Assembly: GCA_044070495.1 (NCBI GenBank)
Contig: JBIPSI010000006.1
Span: 32,001 to 96,000, forward strand
Reading direction: 5' to 3'
Length of the DNA stretch: 64,000 nt
Source of the DNA: Spirulina sp.
Lineage (GTDB): Bacteria > Cyanobacteriota > Cyanobacteriia > Phormidesmidales > Phormidesmidaceae
Shown: positions 1 to 11,446 of the stretch, in pieces
Position numbering within the stretch: the first letter of the stretch is position 1
Layout: every line of letters starts with the position of its first letter
The notes under the pieces: model-generated
Database searches by the model: none
Told to the model about the DNA's origin: nothing
The model's input: the letters and a program-made list of their open reading frames with translations, nothing else
Program-made: the position numbers and the translations under genes

Positions 1-3000
1 CCTCACTGCGAACCTGAATCTGCCCCCCATGCAGATCTATAATGCGCTGCACCAGGGCTAGGCCCAGTCCGGTACCGCTGTACTGACGATTGAGGGTGCT
101 ATCAATCTGCACAAAGGGCTTGAAGAGCTTTTCTAGGTGCTCTGGGGCAATACCAATGCCCGTATCGCCCACGGTGATCCGCACCCAGGGGGTATCCGTC
201 GGGTCTGTGGTTTCCAGACGTTGGGCCGTCAGGGTGATGGTGCCATCGGTGGGGGTAAATTTGACGGCATTGTTGAGCAGATTAATCAACACCTGGCGCA
301 GACGACGCTCATCCACCAGCAAGTCGGGCAAGTGATCGGGCACATTCACCTTGAGGGTAATGGCCTTGGCTATGGCCTGAGGTTGCACAAAGGCGAGGCT
401 AGAGGAGCACAGGTAGGTTATCGCCACAGGGGCGAGATCGAGGCTCATTTGCCCCGCTTCAATTTTGGCGAGATCCAGAATATCGTTGATCACTTCTAGG
501 AGGTGGGATCCGCTGCTTTCAATGGTGCCCAGGGCCTTGTGCTGCCGATCATTGAGGGGGCCAAATACGCCATCCTGCAAGCCCTCGGCCATCCCTAAAA
601 TGGCGTTGAGGGGAGTGCGTAGTTCGTGGCTCATGTTGGCCAAAAACTCGTCCTTCATGCGGGTGGCCCGCGCCAGTTCCTGGTTTGTTTGCTGGAGCAC
701 CGCCTCGGCCTGCTTGCGATCACTAATATCCGTGACGCGCACCAGCTTGAGTTGCTGTCCACCCACGGTAATCAACTTAGCGGCAATGTTGCCCCAAAAC
801 CGCTGACCGGAGAACGTGCGGTACTCAACCTCCTGGCTCCAAACCCCGCTACTGGAGAGGATGGTGTAAATGGCCCGGAGGTCGTTCTCGGAGAAGGGGT
901 GAACCTGAAGCCTGTGGCCTTCAATGTTAACTAACTGGTGTTTCTTTGAGGCTTCAAAGAGATCAACGGCGCGCTGGTTGCAGTCTAGGGTTCTTCCGGT
1001 TTGGACATCCACCAAGAACAGGGCATCGGTGGATTCGTTGAAAATGGCCTCCCGCAAATCCCGACTGCGAATCAGTTCTAGCTCGGCGCACTTGCGGTCG
1101 CTAATGTCTCGGATGAAAAAGACCACCTCATCGGGGCCGCAGGGGGCCACGCGCACCTCCTCGTAGCGGGGCCTGCCGTTAAGGGGGATGACCTGTTCGT
1201 AGCACTGCACCGTTTGGGTGTCTAGGGCGTGATGGATGGTCGTCAGCTTTTGGGCGAGGTGATCCTGGGAAGTGCCAAAGGGCAGCGCCTCCGAGAGATG
1301 CTTGCCCACCGCCTGCTGGGGATCCACCAAATTGCCGAGGGCCGGGGAGACCATAAAGTCGAGGTAAACGCCCTCGCGATTGACCCGGAAGATTAGGTCG
1401 GGGAGCGCCAGCAGGGTGGCGCGGACTCGTTCCTCGCTCCGTTGCAGGGCGTGCTGCATGGCCTTGCGTTCGCTTACATCCATGGCAATGCCAAAAATAC
1501 GGGTGATCTCCCCCCGGTGAGAACGATGGGAGGTCGCCTTCACAAATAAATAGCCCTGGCTGCCATCGAGGCGAACAACGGGGAGGTCGTCGGAACAGGG
1601 TTCTCCGGTGGCTAGGACCTGGTCAATCAGGCGGTTGAACCGATTCCAGGTGGCCTCAGACACATGGGGGCGCAAATCCCCGCAGCCCTGCCCCGGAGGA
1701 TGCCCCAGCAGCACCATAATCTCCTCCGACCAGGTGATCTGGCGGGTTGGGCCATCCATTTCCCAGCGCCCTAGGTGGGCCACCTGCTGGGCCTCCTTGA
1801 GGCGAGCTTTGCTGTACCGGAGTGCCTCTGTACGCTGGGTCACCCGATCCTCGAGTTCTCGGTTGAGGCATTCTAGGGCTTGGGTGGCCTGGTCTTTTTC
1901 GATGGCAATCTTGACTAAGTTCGCCGCCAACTGAAGGGTGTCCAAGTCGTAGGGGTAGGGTTTTTGGGGCTGTCGATAGTAAACGGCAAAGGTGGCCAGC
2001 ACAGGGCCATCGCTGGCAAAGACGGGGATCGACCAGCAGGCCCGTAGCCCATGGGCCAGGGCCAGGTCTCGAAAGTCAGCCCAGAGGGGATCGGTGGCAA
2101 TGTCTTCGACAATCACGGGTTGCCGTCGCAGGGCCGCCGTACCACAGGATCCCATCGCTTCTCCCACCGCCGTTCCCCGCAGGGCCTCGCTGTAGGCATC
2201 GGGCAGGTGCGGGGCGACCGCTGGATAAAGACGATTATCGTCCCGGCAGAAGAGGATGGAGCAGAGGCTCCCCGGCAGGTGATCCTCCAGGGCGACCACC
2301 AGATCCGTCAGAATATCCCCTAGGGGTTCGCTGCGGGCAATGCTAGCTAGGATGGCGCTTTGTAGGGCTAGGCGCTGTTCTGTGCGGTTGCGTTCCGTGA
2401 TGTCGATAGCCACGCCGCCCACCAGGGTTTTGCCATTGGGTTGCGGCAGGGGAAATTTAAACGACAGGAACTCCCCTGGGCTGTGATCGGGGTGAACCCC
2501 TGGCTCGACGACCTCCAGCCCTTCGTCATGATCCACGACCCAGCGGTTGTGGTGGGCATAGACCTGGGCAATCTCTGCGGGAAACAGGTCGAAGAGCGAT
2601 TGCCCCTGGGGGGTCGGGGAGATCGGGGTTAGTGATGCATAGTTACGGTACCAGCCCCGGCTGGCATACTCTAAACGATGGGTTTCTGGATCCACAATCC
2701 AGGCCACCATAGGGCTGTTATCCATAAAGGTGCGGAATCGGATCTCGCTGGCCCGCAGCGCGGCTTCAGCCTGCTTGAACTCGTCGATATCCGTATGGGT
2801 ACCCAGCATTCGTAGGGGCCGACCCTCCTCATCCCAGGCCACAATTTTGCCCAGGGAAAGCAGCCACTTCCAGTTTCCGGCCTGGGTTTTGAGCCGAAAC
2901 TCTAGCCGATAGTTGGGGATTGCTCCGGCGATATAGGCATCGTAGGTCGCCAGGGCGGCTTCCCGATCCTCCGGGTGCAGCATACTGCGCCAATGTTCCT

Positions 3001-4150
3001 CGGTTTCTTCAAAGGTAGCGGGATCGTAGCCCAGCATAGTGGCATACTCTGGGCTGATCACCACCTTGCCCGTGGTGAGATCGACATCGTAAAGCCCTTG
3101 GTTGGTAGCACTGAGGGCCAGCCGTAGCCGCGCCTCGCTTTCCTGAAGCCGATGCTCATCGGCTAGGCGCTGTTGGGTGGACACCAGCATTTTGCCGAGC
3201 ACCTGCAACATCTGAATCGTTTCCGCCAACCACCAAGCCCTAGGCCGACGGGCCACTAAGCCAATCGCACCTACCACCGCCGACCGATGCACCAGGGGCA
3301 AACTCAGGATGGCCCCCACCCCCTGGCGTTGCCACTGATCCCGATCCCCAGCCGCCGCCGCCGGCAGGTCGGCAACCTTAGGCACATAGACCATTTGATC
3401 CTGCCGCAATAGCCCATAGCTCCAAGGCAGGTGGGTAGGGCCAGGGATCACCTGGTCCATCTCGGCTTCGCTAAGCCCATCGACCCAGACCTGATGGGTG
3501 TTGTCAGGAGCCTCTGACGGGTTGTAAAAACTGAGGTAGCTGGCCTCCACCTGGGCCACCTCACAGACCAAAGCCAGGGTGCGGCGGATCTCCTGGGCCA
3601 GATCATCGGCATCAATGTCCACAAAGCGGCTGATAATGCTCGCGATCAGGTGGTTGTAGTTACGCTGGGTTTGCAGCGCCTGCTGGGTGCCCTGGCAGAG
3701 GTTCGTTGAGCAGCGAGGAATAGCGGCATCCCTGGCACCCATGACGGCAATCACCCCAAGCAGTTGCCCTTGGCACCCCGTCACCAACAGGTAGGGATGG
3801 GGTTGCGCGGCCCCCACGGCTTCCCCCGTAGGCAGCGGATCGCCTAGTTTAATAGCCATGGCATTGACCATCAGCGCCTCGGCGGTCAGAGGTTCAGATG
3901 GTTGGCCCTGGGCACAGGCCCGCACAATCTCAGCTTCGGTGATCACCCCCAGGGGTCGCATTTCACGCTTTTCTACCCAGGCCGTCAGGGGCCTCACCAC
4001 TACCACCACCCTATCCCTAGTGGCCATGAGGTGTTGAGCCACCTGGGACAGTGGCGCATCAGAATCTATCCACGCTGCTTCTATCACAGCATGGTCTATA
4101 GCGGGCCACCATCGGTTATCCCCTAGGGGGAATTCATCGGTTGTGGTCAT
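1..4150 (-). CDS. Multi-sensor histidine kinase (CBS-like, GAF, multiple PAS, HisKA, HATPase); 3' end runs off the window edge
   Basis: Absent from the ORF track because it is truncated by the edge. Manual translation from ATG at 4150 (MTTTDEFPLG...) stays in the same frame at checks near 1980 and 60. It contains PAS motifs (LHPEDRE, GTHTDI), GAF segments (GLRACWSIPV), an H-box SHELRTPLNAILG near 630 and a G2 box GTGLGLALVQRII near 60. Confidence 0.9.
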   Translation of the reverse strand, partial: MTTTDEFPLGDNRWWPAIDHAVIEAAWIDSDAPLSQVAQHLMATRDRVVVVVRPLTAWVEKREMRPLGVITEAEIVRACAQGQPSEPLTAEALMVNAMAIKLGDPLPTGEAVGAAQPHPYLLVTGCQGQLLGVIAVMGARDAAIPRCSTNLCQGTQQALQTQRNYNHLIASIISRFVDIDADDLAQEIRRTLALVCEVAQVEASYLSFYNPSEAPDNTHQVWVDGLSEAEMDQVIPGPTHLPWSYGLLRQDQMVYVPKVADLPAAAAGDRDQWQRQGVGAILSLPLVHRSAVVGAIGLVARRPRAWWLAETIQMLQVLGKMLVSTQQRLADEHRLQESEARLRLALSATNQGLYDVDLTTGKVVISPEYATMLGYDPATFEETEEHWRSMLHPEDREAALATYDAYIAGAIPNYRLEFRLKTQAGNWKWLLSLGKIVAWDEEGRPLRMLGTHTDIDEFKQAEAALRASEIRFRTFMDNSPMVAWIVDPETHRLEYASRGWYRNYASLTPISPTPQGQSLFDLFPAEIAQVYAHHNRWVVDHDEGLEVVEPGVHPDHSPGEFLSFKFPLPQPNGKTLVGGVAIDITERNRTEQRLALQSAILASIARSEPLGDILTDLVVALEDHLPGSLCSILFCRDDNRLYPAVAPHLPDAYSEALRGTAVGEAMGSCGTAALRRQPVIVEDIATDPLWADFRDLALAHGLRACWSIPVFASDGPVLATFAVYYRQPQKPYPYDLDTLQLAANLVKIAIEKDQATQALECLNRELEDRVTQRTEALRYSKARLKEAQQVAHLGRWEMDGPTRQITWSEEIMVLLGHPPGQGCGDLRPHVSEATWNRFNRLIDQVLATGEPCSDDLPVVRLDGSQGYLFVKATSHRSHRGEITRIFGIAMDVSERKAMQHALQRSEERVRATLLALPDLIFRVNREGVYLDFMVSPALGNLVDPQQAVGKHLSEALPFGTSQDHLAQKLTTIHHALDTQTVQCYEQVIPLNGRPRYEEVRVAPCGPDEVVFFIRDISDRKCAELELIRSRDLREAIFNESTDALFLVDVQTGRTLDCNQRAVDLFEASKKHQLVNIEGHRLQVHPFSENDLRAIYTILSSSGVWSQEVEYRTFSGQRFWGNIAAKLITVGGQQLKLVRVTDISDRKQAEAVLQQTNQELARATRMKDEFLANMSHELRTPLNAILGMAEGLQDGVFGPLNDRQHKALGTIESSGSHLLEVINDILDLAKIEAGQMSLDLAPVAITYLCSSSLAFVQPQAIAKAITLKVNVPDHLPDLLVDERRLRQVLINLLNNAVKFTPTDGTITLTAQRLETTDPTDTPWVRITVGDTGIGIAPEHLEKLFKPFVQIDSTLNRQYSGTGLGLALVQRIIDLHGGQIQVRSE

Positions 4151-4419
4151 ACGATATGCCTTAAGTTCGCCCGTTTTGGGCGGTTCCTAGACCACTGGGG
4201 TCAGGGCGTTATCAAGGCCATACCCTGGCCGACACGTCCTGGTTCAGGAAACTTGATATCCAACCTGAGTTTAAATTTCCCAGACTTGCGAAAGTCTGAC
4301 CTCAATTTTAGAACTTAAATACTTTTATGACCTTTTTTGTATCGTTTCCATGAAGCAAGGGAAACAACCAGACTAAAACCTACATCCTGATGATATTAAA
4401 ATCGTCTCCTAGGGTTCTC

Positions 4420-4728
4420 CTAGGCCGCTGGCCTCAGCCGTTGCCAAAGGAGCTGAAGCCCCAGTAGAAACAGCCCTAACGCCGCCATGCCAAAGACTCC
4501 AGCCCCTAGGGCCACCATGCCCACCACCAGGGTTCTCACGGCGGAGGCAATATTCATCACCGCCGGATTGTCAGACACGATGGGCTTGGCGGCAAAGGTA
4601 GTGGCAATGCCCACCATCAGACGGTAGGCCAGCAGGGCAATGGTGCCCGCCATGAAGGATCCGCTAAAGCACTTGAGGATTTTGGCGGTGGGCGTTGGTA
4701 GTGCGGAATCGGCGATGTCGTTGGGCAT
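4420..4728 (-). CDS. Small membrane protein, DUF3082-like
   Basis: Two hydrophobic helices with an NIASAVRTLVVG motif typical of this cyanobacterial family. Confidence 0.7.
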   Translation of the reverse strand: MPNDIADSALPTPTAKILKCFSGSFMAGTIALLAYRLMVGIATTFAAKPIVSDNPAVMNIASAVRTLVVGMVALGAGVFGMAALGLFLLGLQLLWQRLRPAA

Positions 4729-4777
4729 AGGGGATTTTTGGGAACGGTGCGGAGAAGGGCATCTTCAGACCCTAGGG

Positions 4778-5722
4778 CTAGGGAGCCAGCCGTACGCCAG
4801 TGGGGCAACACTGAGCGACCCAAAGGCCAAGATCAGGATCGGTGATCTGGGTTCTCAGCCGTTGGGCCATGGCATCGGCCTCTGCCTGAGATTCTACCAG
4901 GGTAAACACGGTGGGGCCAGAGCCGGACATCAGGGTGCCCAAGCCCCCCAGGGTGACCATGGTTTCCTTCAGGTGAGCCGTTTTGGGGTGGACTGGCAAC
5001 ACCACCTTCTCTAGGTCGTTGTAGAGATGCTGACCCAGGGCCGCTTTATCGTGCTGGGCCAGGGCCGCCACCATCGCCCCCGACCTCACCTGATGTTGAC
5101 GGGCTGCAAAGTCTGCGGCATCGGCCAGGTAGGTGTGTTCAAACTCGGCACGGTAGGTTTGGTAAGCCCAGGGGGTAGAGACAAATTCCGACTCATACTT
5201 GGCCAGCACCACATAGAGATCGTCGATTCCCCGCAGCGGATCGAGATGTTCCCCCCGCCCGGTGGCTAGGGCGGTGCCGCCGCTAATACAGAAGGGCATA
5301 TCCGACCCCAGTTCCGCCGCCAACTCCTGAAGTTCGGCCTGGGTGAGGCCCAGTTGCCACAGCATATCCAGCCCCACCAAAACCGCTGCCCCATTGCCCG
5401 ACCCTCCCGCTAATCCGGCCCCCACGGGAATGTGCTTTTCTAGGGTAATTTCTACCCCCCCAAGCTTGGCCACAATGCCAGGGAAGCGCTGGATCAGCAG
5501 ATTCGCGGCTCGATAGGCTAGGTTCGTTTCATCCGTAGGCACTAGGGGATGAGAACACTGCACCCGAATCTCATCGGTGCCAATGCTGCGTACCGTCACT
5601 CGGTCGGCCAAACTAATGCTCTGCATTACCATGATCAATTCATGGAAGCCATCGGGACGACTCCCCACAATTTCCAGGTAGAGATTAATTTTGGCCGCAG
5701 CCAGCAGCGAATACAGACGCAT
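4778..5722 (-). CDS. ispE: 4-diphosphocytidyl-2-C-methyl-D-erythritol kinase
   Basis: AKINLYL, KHIPVGAGLAGGSGN and MSGSGPTVF motifs; start set at MRLYSLL (5722). Confidence 0.95.
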   Translation of the reverse strand: MRLYSLLAAAKINLYLEIVGSRPDGFHELIMVMQSISLADRVTVRSIGTDEIRVQCSHPLVPTDETNLAYRAANLLIQRFPGIVAKLGGVEITLEKHIPVGAGLAGGSGNGAAVLVGLDMLWQLGLTQAELQELAAELGSDMPFCISGGTALATGRGEHLDPLRGIDDLYVVLAKYESEFVSTPWAYQTYRAEFEHTYLADAADFAARQHQVRSGAMVAALAQHDKAALGQHLYNDLEKVVLPVHPKTAHLKETMVTLGGLGTLMSGSGPTVFTLVESQAEADAMAQRLRTQITDPDLGLWVAQCCPTGVRLAP

Positions 5723-5845
5723 GGGACACCAAATGGGAAATGGGTTGCTACAGGATTTTAGCCCCTCCCCGCCCATTCCCCGTCAGCCCAGGCTCAGGAT
5801 TGGGCACTCCCAAATTCGGCAGCCCCCTATGACGGCTGTCCTGTT

Positions 5846-6700
5846 CTAATCCTGTGCCAAGCCCTGCCCCAAACGATTACTCAGAGCCACCCACTGATCT
5901 ACGCTTAAGTCCTCCGCCCGCGACGTTTCTGGGATGGCCAAATCCGTCATAGTGGCTAGTAAGTGATCCCGATCCACCGTGCTTTTTAGGTTGTTGCGCA
6001 GCATCTTACGCTTGCTGGCAAAGCCTAACCGCACCAGGCGATCTAACGCATCGGGCTGGTTGGCCACCACCGAGAGCGGACGGGGGGTGAGCTTCACCAC
6101 CGCTGAATCAACCTTGGGAGGGGGCTGGAACGCCTTGGCAGGTACCGGACACACAAGCTCGCAGTCTGCTAGGTATTGCACCCGCACCGAAAGGGCACCG
6201 AAGGATCGGTTACCCGGTTTGGCATAGAGTCGTTCTGCCACCTCTTTTTGCACCAGCAAAATAATGGAATCGTAGGGATGGGGATTCGGATTCGCAATAG
6301 TGCCCAGCAGCTTTTCTAAAATTGGCCCCGTGATGTAGTAAGGAATGTTGGCCACAACTTTATTAGGCCAGGATCGCCAAGGTTCAGCAGGGTTGTCGTG
6401 GGGGGCAGGAAAGGCCAAAGCCGATGGTTCAACCCCTAAAAAATCGCCCTGAACTAGCCGAAAGTTAGGGGTCTTAGCAAAGGTCTGAGTCAATTGACGG
6501 CAGAGATCTCGATCAATTTCCACCGCAACCACGGCCTGGGCTTGGGGTAGTAACGACTGGGTGAGGATGCCCGTTCCAGGGCCAATTTCAAGAACACAGT
6601 CCTGGGGCGTGACCGCCGCCGCTACCACGATATTACGCAGCACCTTATCGCTCCTCAGCCAGTGCTGACCAAACCGTTTGCGGGTAGGCTGGAAAACCAT
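5846..6700 (-). CDS. rsmA: 16S rRNA adenine dimethyltransferase KsgA/RsmA
   Basis: KRFGQHWL, VLEIGPGTG, VVANIPYYIT and FQPPPKVDSAVV motifs. Confidence 0.96.
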   Translation of the reverse strand: MVFQPTRKRFGQHWLRSDKVLRNIVVAAAVTPQDCVLEIGPGTGILTQSLLPQAQAVVAVEIDRDLCRQLTQTFAKTPNFRLVQGDFLGVEPSALAFPAPHDNPAEPWRSWPNKVVANIPYYITGPILEKLLGTIANPNPHPYDSIILLVQKEVAERLYAKPGNRSFGALSVRVQYLADCELVCPVPAKAFQPPPKVDSAVVKLTPRPLSVVANQPDALDRLVRLGFASKRKMLRNNLKSTVDRDHLLATMTDLAIPETSRAEDLSVDQWVALSNRLGQGLAQD

Positions 6701-7051
6701 GAACTGCTCCTAAACCACTCACTCACTACCCTACACCCATCCCTCGCCCCACCCTGCTCTCCCTTCAACAACCACCGTATTTACCGCAACTTTGGTGGCT
6801 TTCTTTCCCTAAAATGTGCTGATTTTGGGTTTCAAGACTGTGGCATCTACCCAAGTCAGGCGACTAGGCCTCCCTCTACATTGGAAGCTACCAACCTTAA
6901 CGGATAGCCTCGGCCCCGACTCTAGGGATATCTGTCCACTATTCTCTGGCTCCAATGTGTTGGTAAAGACCCCAACCGCTTTCCCAGTTCCCTGTATTAC
7001 AGATTTCTAAGGTTCTCGTCAAACGAATTGCCATCCAAGGATCTCAATTTT

Positions 7052-7915
7052 ATGTCTATGCGTCACTCAGTTCTAGGTATTGGAACGGCAGCAGTTGCGG
7101 CCCTATCCGCTATAGTGCTGACGGCTCCCTCTGCCCAAGCTACCCTGTCCAGCGCAAGTCTCAGCCCCACAGAGTTTTCCCAGGATCTAGGTTTTGATAA
7201 TCTCAAGGACATGGGGTTGCTCGAATCCTCCGAAACCCTCAGCACGGTGCGAGGACTGGTGAAGGGTGAGCGTAACGCCCTGTCTTCTGAATTCTTGGGG
7301 CGCTACCAGCTAGATGCCAGCAAACTGTTCTGGAACGGGGCAGATCCGGTGGAGGTGTACTTCATCAACGAAGGGGCAGGCTATCGCAACCAATTGGTCT
7401 ACAGCGCCACCGATGGCGAGGGCAACCCCGTGCGGTCGGAGATGATCTTTAACGATGTCTCCTCACCCAACAGCATCCTATCCAACAGCAACGGCCCGCT
7501 GGCCCTGGGGCAAGGGGTGAGCCTGGGTAGCTTTAGCGGCCCCACCCAACTGAACTTTTCGATTATTTCCGATGGCTTTAACCTAGCCAAACCTAAGGCC
7601 AATGCGACCGCCAGCCAAATAGCTAAGTACGAGCAGGAAGTCGCCCGTCGCACCCTTGGTGGCAACCCCACCCAAAACGTAGATGGTCTGCAACATATCG
7701 TCGCCTTCCAGCACAATGACTGGGTCATCCTCGGATTTGAGGACATCATCGGCGGCGGCGACCTCGACTACAACGACGTGGTCTTTGCGGTGCGCGGCAT
7801 TCAGCAAGGCCCCCCAGTTGAAGATGTGCCTGAGCCTGCGGCCCTCATTAGCCTGCTAGTCGTGGGGCTTGGTGGCTTTACCACCCTACGGCGGAAATCC
7901 ACTTCGGAAGCCTAA
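7052..7915 (+). CDS. Secreted DUF4114-like protein with PEP-CTERM sorting signal
   Basis: Signal peptide ending ...SAQA; GFEDIIGGGDLDYNDVVF motif; C-terminal VPEP followed by a TM segment and LRRK. Confidence 0.85.
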   Translation: MSMRHSVLGIGTAAVAALSAIVLTAPSAQATLSSASLSPTEFSQDLGFDNLKDMGLLESSETLSTVRGLVKGERNALSSEFLGRYQLDASKLFWNGADPVEVYFINEGAGYRNQLVYSATDGEGNPVRSEMIFNDVSSPNSILSNSNGPLALGQGVSLGSFSGPTQLNFSIISDGFNLAKPKANATASQIAKYEQEVARRTLGGNPTQNVDGLQHIVAFQHNDWVILGFEDIIGGGDLDYNDVVFAVRGIQQGPPVEDVPEPAALISLLVVGLGGFTTLRRKSTSEA

Positions 7916-7993
7916 GTCAACGCAGCAAACCAAGCCCTGACGTCAACCTCGGCCAGGGCTTTGATCCAATCTCCTAAATCGTCCACTCTCAGG

Positions 7994-8021
7994 GGTAGCC
8001 ATGATCCATGGCTACCTTTTT
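7994..8021 (+). terminator. Intrinsic terminator after the PEP-CTERM gene
   Basis: GGTAGCCATG-atc-CATGGCTACC followed by a T-run. Confidence 0.75.
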
Positions 8022-8183
8022 ATTGCGGTTGTGGGCACCCCCAGACGCTGTCTTCGAGGAAACTGGCCATGGCCTGGAGGTTCCTGATTTCAAGCCTAGC
8101 GAAGCGGTGGCCGACCTGGGACATTCAGCCGTGGCGCAGGGCCAAGATGGATCTAGGTCAGCCTCAAGGCGCGAAACCGCAGC

Positions 8184-10091
8184 CTAAACCGCTAAAACCG
8201 GCTTTTCCACCTTAAAGGTGCTGAGGATGCGATCTGCCATTTGGGGAGGAGTCAGTCCTAGGGCTGCCTTTGACTGGTCAGGGCTGGCGTGGTCTACCAA
8301 AATATCCGGCACGCCAATCCGCAGCACCGAGGCGGGCACCTGGGCATCCAGAATCGACTCGGCCACGGCGGAACCAAAGCCGCCCATCAGACAGCCTTCC
8401 TCAAAGGTGACGACCTTACCGATTTGCTTGGCTAGGGGCAGAATCAGTTCCTCATCCAGGGGCTTGGCAAAGCGGGCGTTCACCACCGTGGCCTCGATGC
8501 CGTGTTCGCTGAGGATTTCGGCGGTTTGCATGGCGGGATAGACCATGGAGCCGTAGCCCAACAGCAGCACATCGTCGCCCTGGCGTAGGACTTCCGCCTT
8601 GCCGATGGGCAGCGGTTCCCAGCCCTCTTCCATCAGCGGTGCGCCATAGCCATTGCCCCGTGGGTAGCGCATGGCGATGGCCCCATCGGTGTAGTTAATT
8701 CCGGTGACGAGCATCCGCTGGAGTTCGGCCTCGTCCTTGGGAGCCATCAGCACCAGGTTGGGGATGCAGCGTAGGTAGGCGATGTCGTACATGCCCTGGT
8801 GGGTGGGGCCATCGGCACCGACGATTCCGGCCCGATCTAGGCAGAAGAAGACGGGAAGCTTTTGGATGCAAACGTCGTGGACGATTTGGTCGAAGCCCCG
8901 TTGCAGGAAGGTGGAGTAGATCGCCACCACCGGACGCACCCCTTCGCAGGCGAGGCCAGCGGCCAGGGTAACGGCGTGCTGCTCGGCAATGCCCACATCC
9001 ACGTATTGGTTGGGGAGAGCCTGCTGGAGCTTATCCAACCCGGTGCCCGTGGCCATGGCAGCGGTGATGCCGATGATCTTAGGATCGTTTTCCGCCAAGG
9101 TGATCAGGGTTTCGGCAAACACCTTGGAATAGCTGGGGGGCTTGGGTTTAGTCGAGGGAATGCCCTTGCCCGTGGCTAGGTTGAAGGGGGACTGGGCGTG
9201 GTAGCCGACCTGGTCTTTTTCGGCGATGGCGTAGCCCTTGCCCTTGGTGGTAGACACATGCACCAGCACTGGCCCCGTGTGCTTGTGGGCTTCTTTGAAG
9301 GTGGTGATCAGTTCTTGCAGGTTGTGGCCATCCACAGGCCCCATGTAGAGGAATCCCAGTTCCTCAAACACCGCCCCTACCTTGGGCACCGCAAGGCGCT
9401 TCATCCCTTCCTTGACCCGATCCAGTTCTGGCGAGAGGGAATCGCCCAGGAAGGGCAGGTGCTTGAACTGCTCCTCCAGGTTGTCGGTGAGGAACTGCAC
9501 CGGGGGGCTAATCCGCATTTTGTTGAGGTAGCGGGGAATCGCGCCCACGTTGGGGGAAATCGACATTTCGTTGTCGTTCAGCACCACCAACAGGTTGGTA
9601 TTGGGCAAATGTCCGGCATGGTTGATGGCCTCTAGGGCCATGCCCCCGGTCAGGGCACCGTCGCCGATGATCGCCGCTACTTTGTAGTTCTCTCCGGCCA
9701 TATCCCGCGCCAGGGCCATGCCCAGGGCGGCGGAAATGCTGGTGGAAGCGTGGCCCGCCCCGAAGTGGTCAAACTTGTTTTCGCTGCGCTTTAGATATCC
9801 GGCAACACCGTCTTTTTGGCGCAGGGTGTGGAAGTCATGGAAGCGCCCGGTGATCAGCTTGTGGGGGTACGCCTGGTGCCCCACATCCCAAACCACCTTG
9901 TCATGGTCGAGATCCAGGGTTTGGTACAGCGCCAGGGTCAGTTCCACCACCCCCAGCCCCGGCCCCAGGTGCCCACCGCTGGCGGCCACGGTTTCCAGGT
10001 GCTTCTCGCGAATTTGACGGGCAATATCCTCAAGCTGCCGGATGGTAAGGCCGTGCAGTTGGTTGGGATGAGTTACATCACTCAGGCGCAT
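8184..10091 (-). CDS. dxs: 1-deoxy-D-xylulose-5-phosphate synthase
   Basis: [38 protein letters not shown] and [15 protein letters not shown] motifs. Confidence 0.98.
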   Translation of the reverse strand: MRLSDVTHPNQLHGLTIRQLEDIARQIREKHLETVAASGGHLGPGLGVVELTLALYQTLDLDHDKVVWDVGHQAYPHKLITGRFHDFHTLRQKDGVAGYLKRSENKFDHFGAGHASTSISAALGMALARDMAGENYKVAAIIGDGALTGGMALEAINHAGHLPNTNLLVVLNDNEMSISPNVGAIPRYLNKMRISPPVQFLTDNLEEQFKHLPFLGDSLSPELDRVKEGMKRLAVPKVGAVFEELGFLYMGPVDGHNLQELITTFKEAHKHTGPVLVHVSTTKGKGYAIAEKDQVGYHAQSPFNLATGKGIPSTKPKPPSYSKVFAETLITLAENDPKIIGITAAMATGTGLDKLQQALPNQYVDVGIAEQHAVTLAAGLACEGVRPVVAIYSTFLQRGFDQIVHDVCIQKLPVFFCLDRAGIVGADGPTHQGMYDIAYLRCIPNLVLMAPKDEAELQRMLVTGINYTDGAIAMRYPRGNGYGAPLMEEGWEPLPIGKAEVLRQGDDVLLLGYGSMVYPAMQTAEILSEHGIEATVVNARFAKPLDEELILPLAKQIGKVVTFEEGCLMGGFGSAVAESILDAQVPASVLRIGVPDILVDHASPDQSKAALGLTPPQMADRILSTFKVEKPVLAV

Positions 10092-10302
10092 ACTAAATTA
10101 ACCTCTGGGTCACGCAATGGACTTTTCCTGCTATCTTCACTGTAGAAGATTCAGCGTCTAGAATCCGACCGCATGGGCAACCCCAGCCCGGAAGACAACC
10201 GTGGTGAAGCGATCCCATGTCTTGTACTGATTATCTTGATCCGCAGTCGGTAACGGTTGATGACAATCGTTAACCAACCGATATAACCCTTAACGTTCTG
10301 TT

Positions 10303-10827
10303 ATGGTTCATTTTCCTGTGTTTAAGTCCCTCAGCCCGTGCCTTACGCTACCGTTTACCCTGTTTAGTGCCGTTTTGGCCCCATTAACCTTGGCATCCTC
10401 TGGGTTAGCCATTGACTATAACTATGGTCAATGCGTTGCGGATTTGCTGGAGGTGGGGCTGTCTGCCCAGGCGGTAGGTTCGGCCTGCGCCAGTGCCCTG
10501 CGGCCCGAACAGGTGGGGAGTTGCGTCTTTGATGTCACCGCCGTCACGGAACTCAGCGCCGAAGCCGCCCTCGCCGCCTGTAGCCGAGATCGCCGCCCCC
10601 TGGAGGTGGCCTCCTGTGTGGTGGATATCCACGACTTTTTGGACGTATCTAACTCCGCCGCCGTGCTCAACCACTGCCACCGCAGCATTCTGCCCGTGCG
10701 CTACGCCGACTGCGTGATTGACACCGCCCTGGTTGCCGAACTCGCCACCACCGAATCCATGGCCCTCTGTATTGCGGCGGGCTACCGTCCGGTGGATGTG
10801 GCTCCTAGCTTCATTCCTGCCCGTTAG
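10303..10827 (+). CDS. Secreted cysteine-repeat hypothetical protein
   Basis: N-terminal hydrophobic signal followed by four ~31-aa units, each with two Cys. Confidence 0.7.
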   Translation: MVHFPVFKSLSPCLTLPFTLFSAVLAPLTLASSGLAIDYNYGQCVADLLEVGLSAQAVGSACASALRPEQVGSCVFDVTAVTELSAEAALAACSRDRRPLEVASCVVDIHDFLDVSNSAAVLNHCHRSILPVRYADCVIDTALVAELATTESMALCIAAGYRPVDVAPSFIPAR

Positions 10828-10848
10828 GAACAATCTATCAGCGATACC

Positions 10849-10872
10849 GTACGGGCGCACCGCCGTGCGCCC
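10849..10872 (+). repeat. REP-like palindrome
   Basis: GTAC-GGGCGCAC-cgcc-GTGCGCCC between convergent genes. Confidence 0.5.
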
Positions 10873-10926
10873 TTTCCCTCAACTCGTGATTGAGGGAAAG
10901 GGCTGCTTCTGATAATAGAGAAGCCG

Positions 10927-11397
10927 CTATCCCCGTCCGCTGAGTGCCCGATCCGTTTCCCGTTTTTCCTGCTTACGCTTGAGGGACTCCCGCTTGTCGT
11001 GGAGTTTTTTGCCTCGCGCTAGGGCAATGCTGACCTTAATCCAGCCGCCCTTCAAATACATCTTGAGGGGCACTAAGGTCAGCCCCTTTTGTTCCACCTT
11101 GCCGATCAGCTTGCGAATTTCGTCCCGGTGCAACAGCAGGCGGCGGGGGCGCTTGGCCTCGTGGTTGTAGGCTTTGTTGGTCATGGTGTGGGGCGAAATG
11201 TGGATATTCTGAAGCCACATCTCGCCGTCCTTGAGTTGGGCATAGCCATCCCGCAGGTTCACCTTGCCCTGGCGAATAGACTTCACCTCCGACCCCAGCA
11301 GTTCAATGCCCGCCTCGTAGGTCTCTAGAATTTCATACTCGTGGCGGGCCTGACGGTTATCGCTAACGACCTTAAACCCTTTGCTCTCGTCCGCCAT
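10927..11397 (-). CDS. smpB: SsrA-binding protein SmpB
   Basis: [29 protein letters not shown] and GKKLHDKRE motifs; start set at MADESKGF. Confidence 0.97.
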   Translation of the reverse strand: MADESKGFKVVSDNRQARHEYEILETYEAGIELLGSEVKSIRQGKVNLRDGYAQLKDGEMWLQNIHISPHTMTNKAYNHEAKRPRRLLLHRDEIRKLIGKVEQKGLTLVPLKMYLKGGWIKVSIALARGKKLHDKRESLKRKQEKRETDRALSGRG

Positions 11398-11446
11398 ACG
11401 GCCCTCCTTCCCCGGTGACAATGATGTCCAAGCTGTCCAAATCTTC

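Noticed and set aside
90..4126. Many short ORFs in the track over the first 4 kb
   Set aside because: They are antisense or alternate-frame shadows of the single minus-strand histidine kinase.
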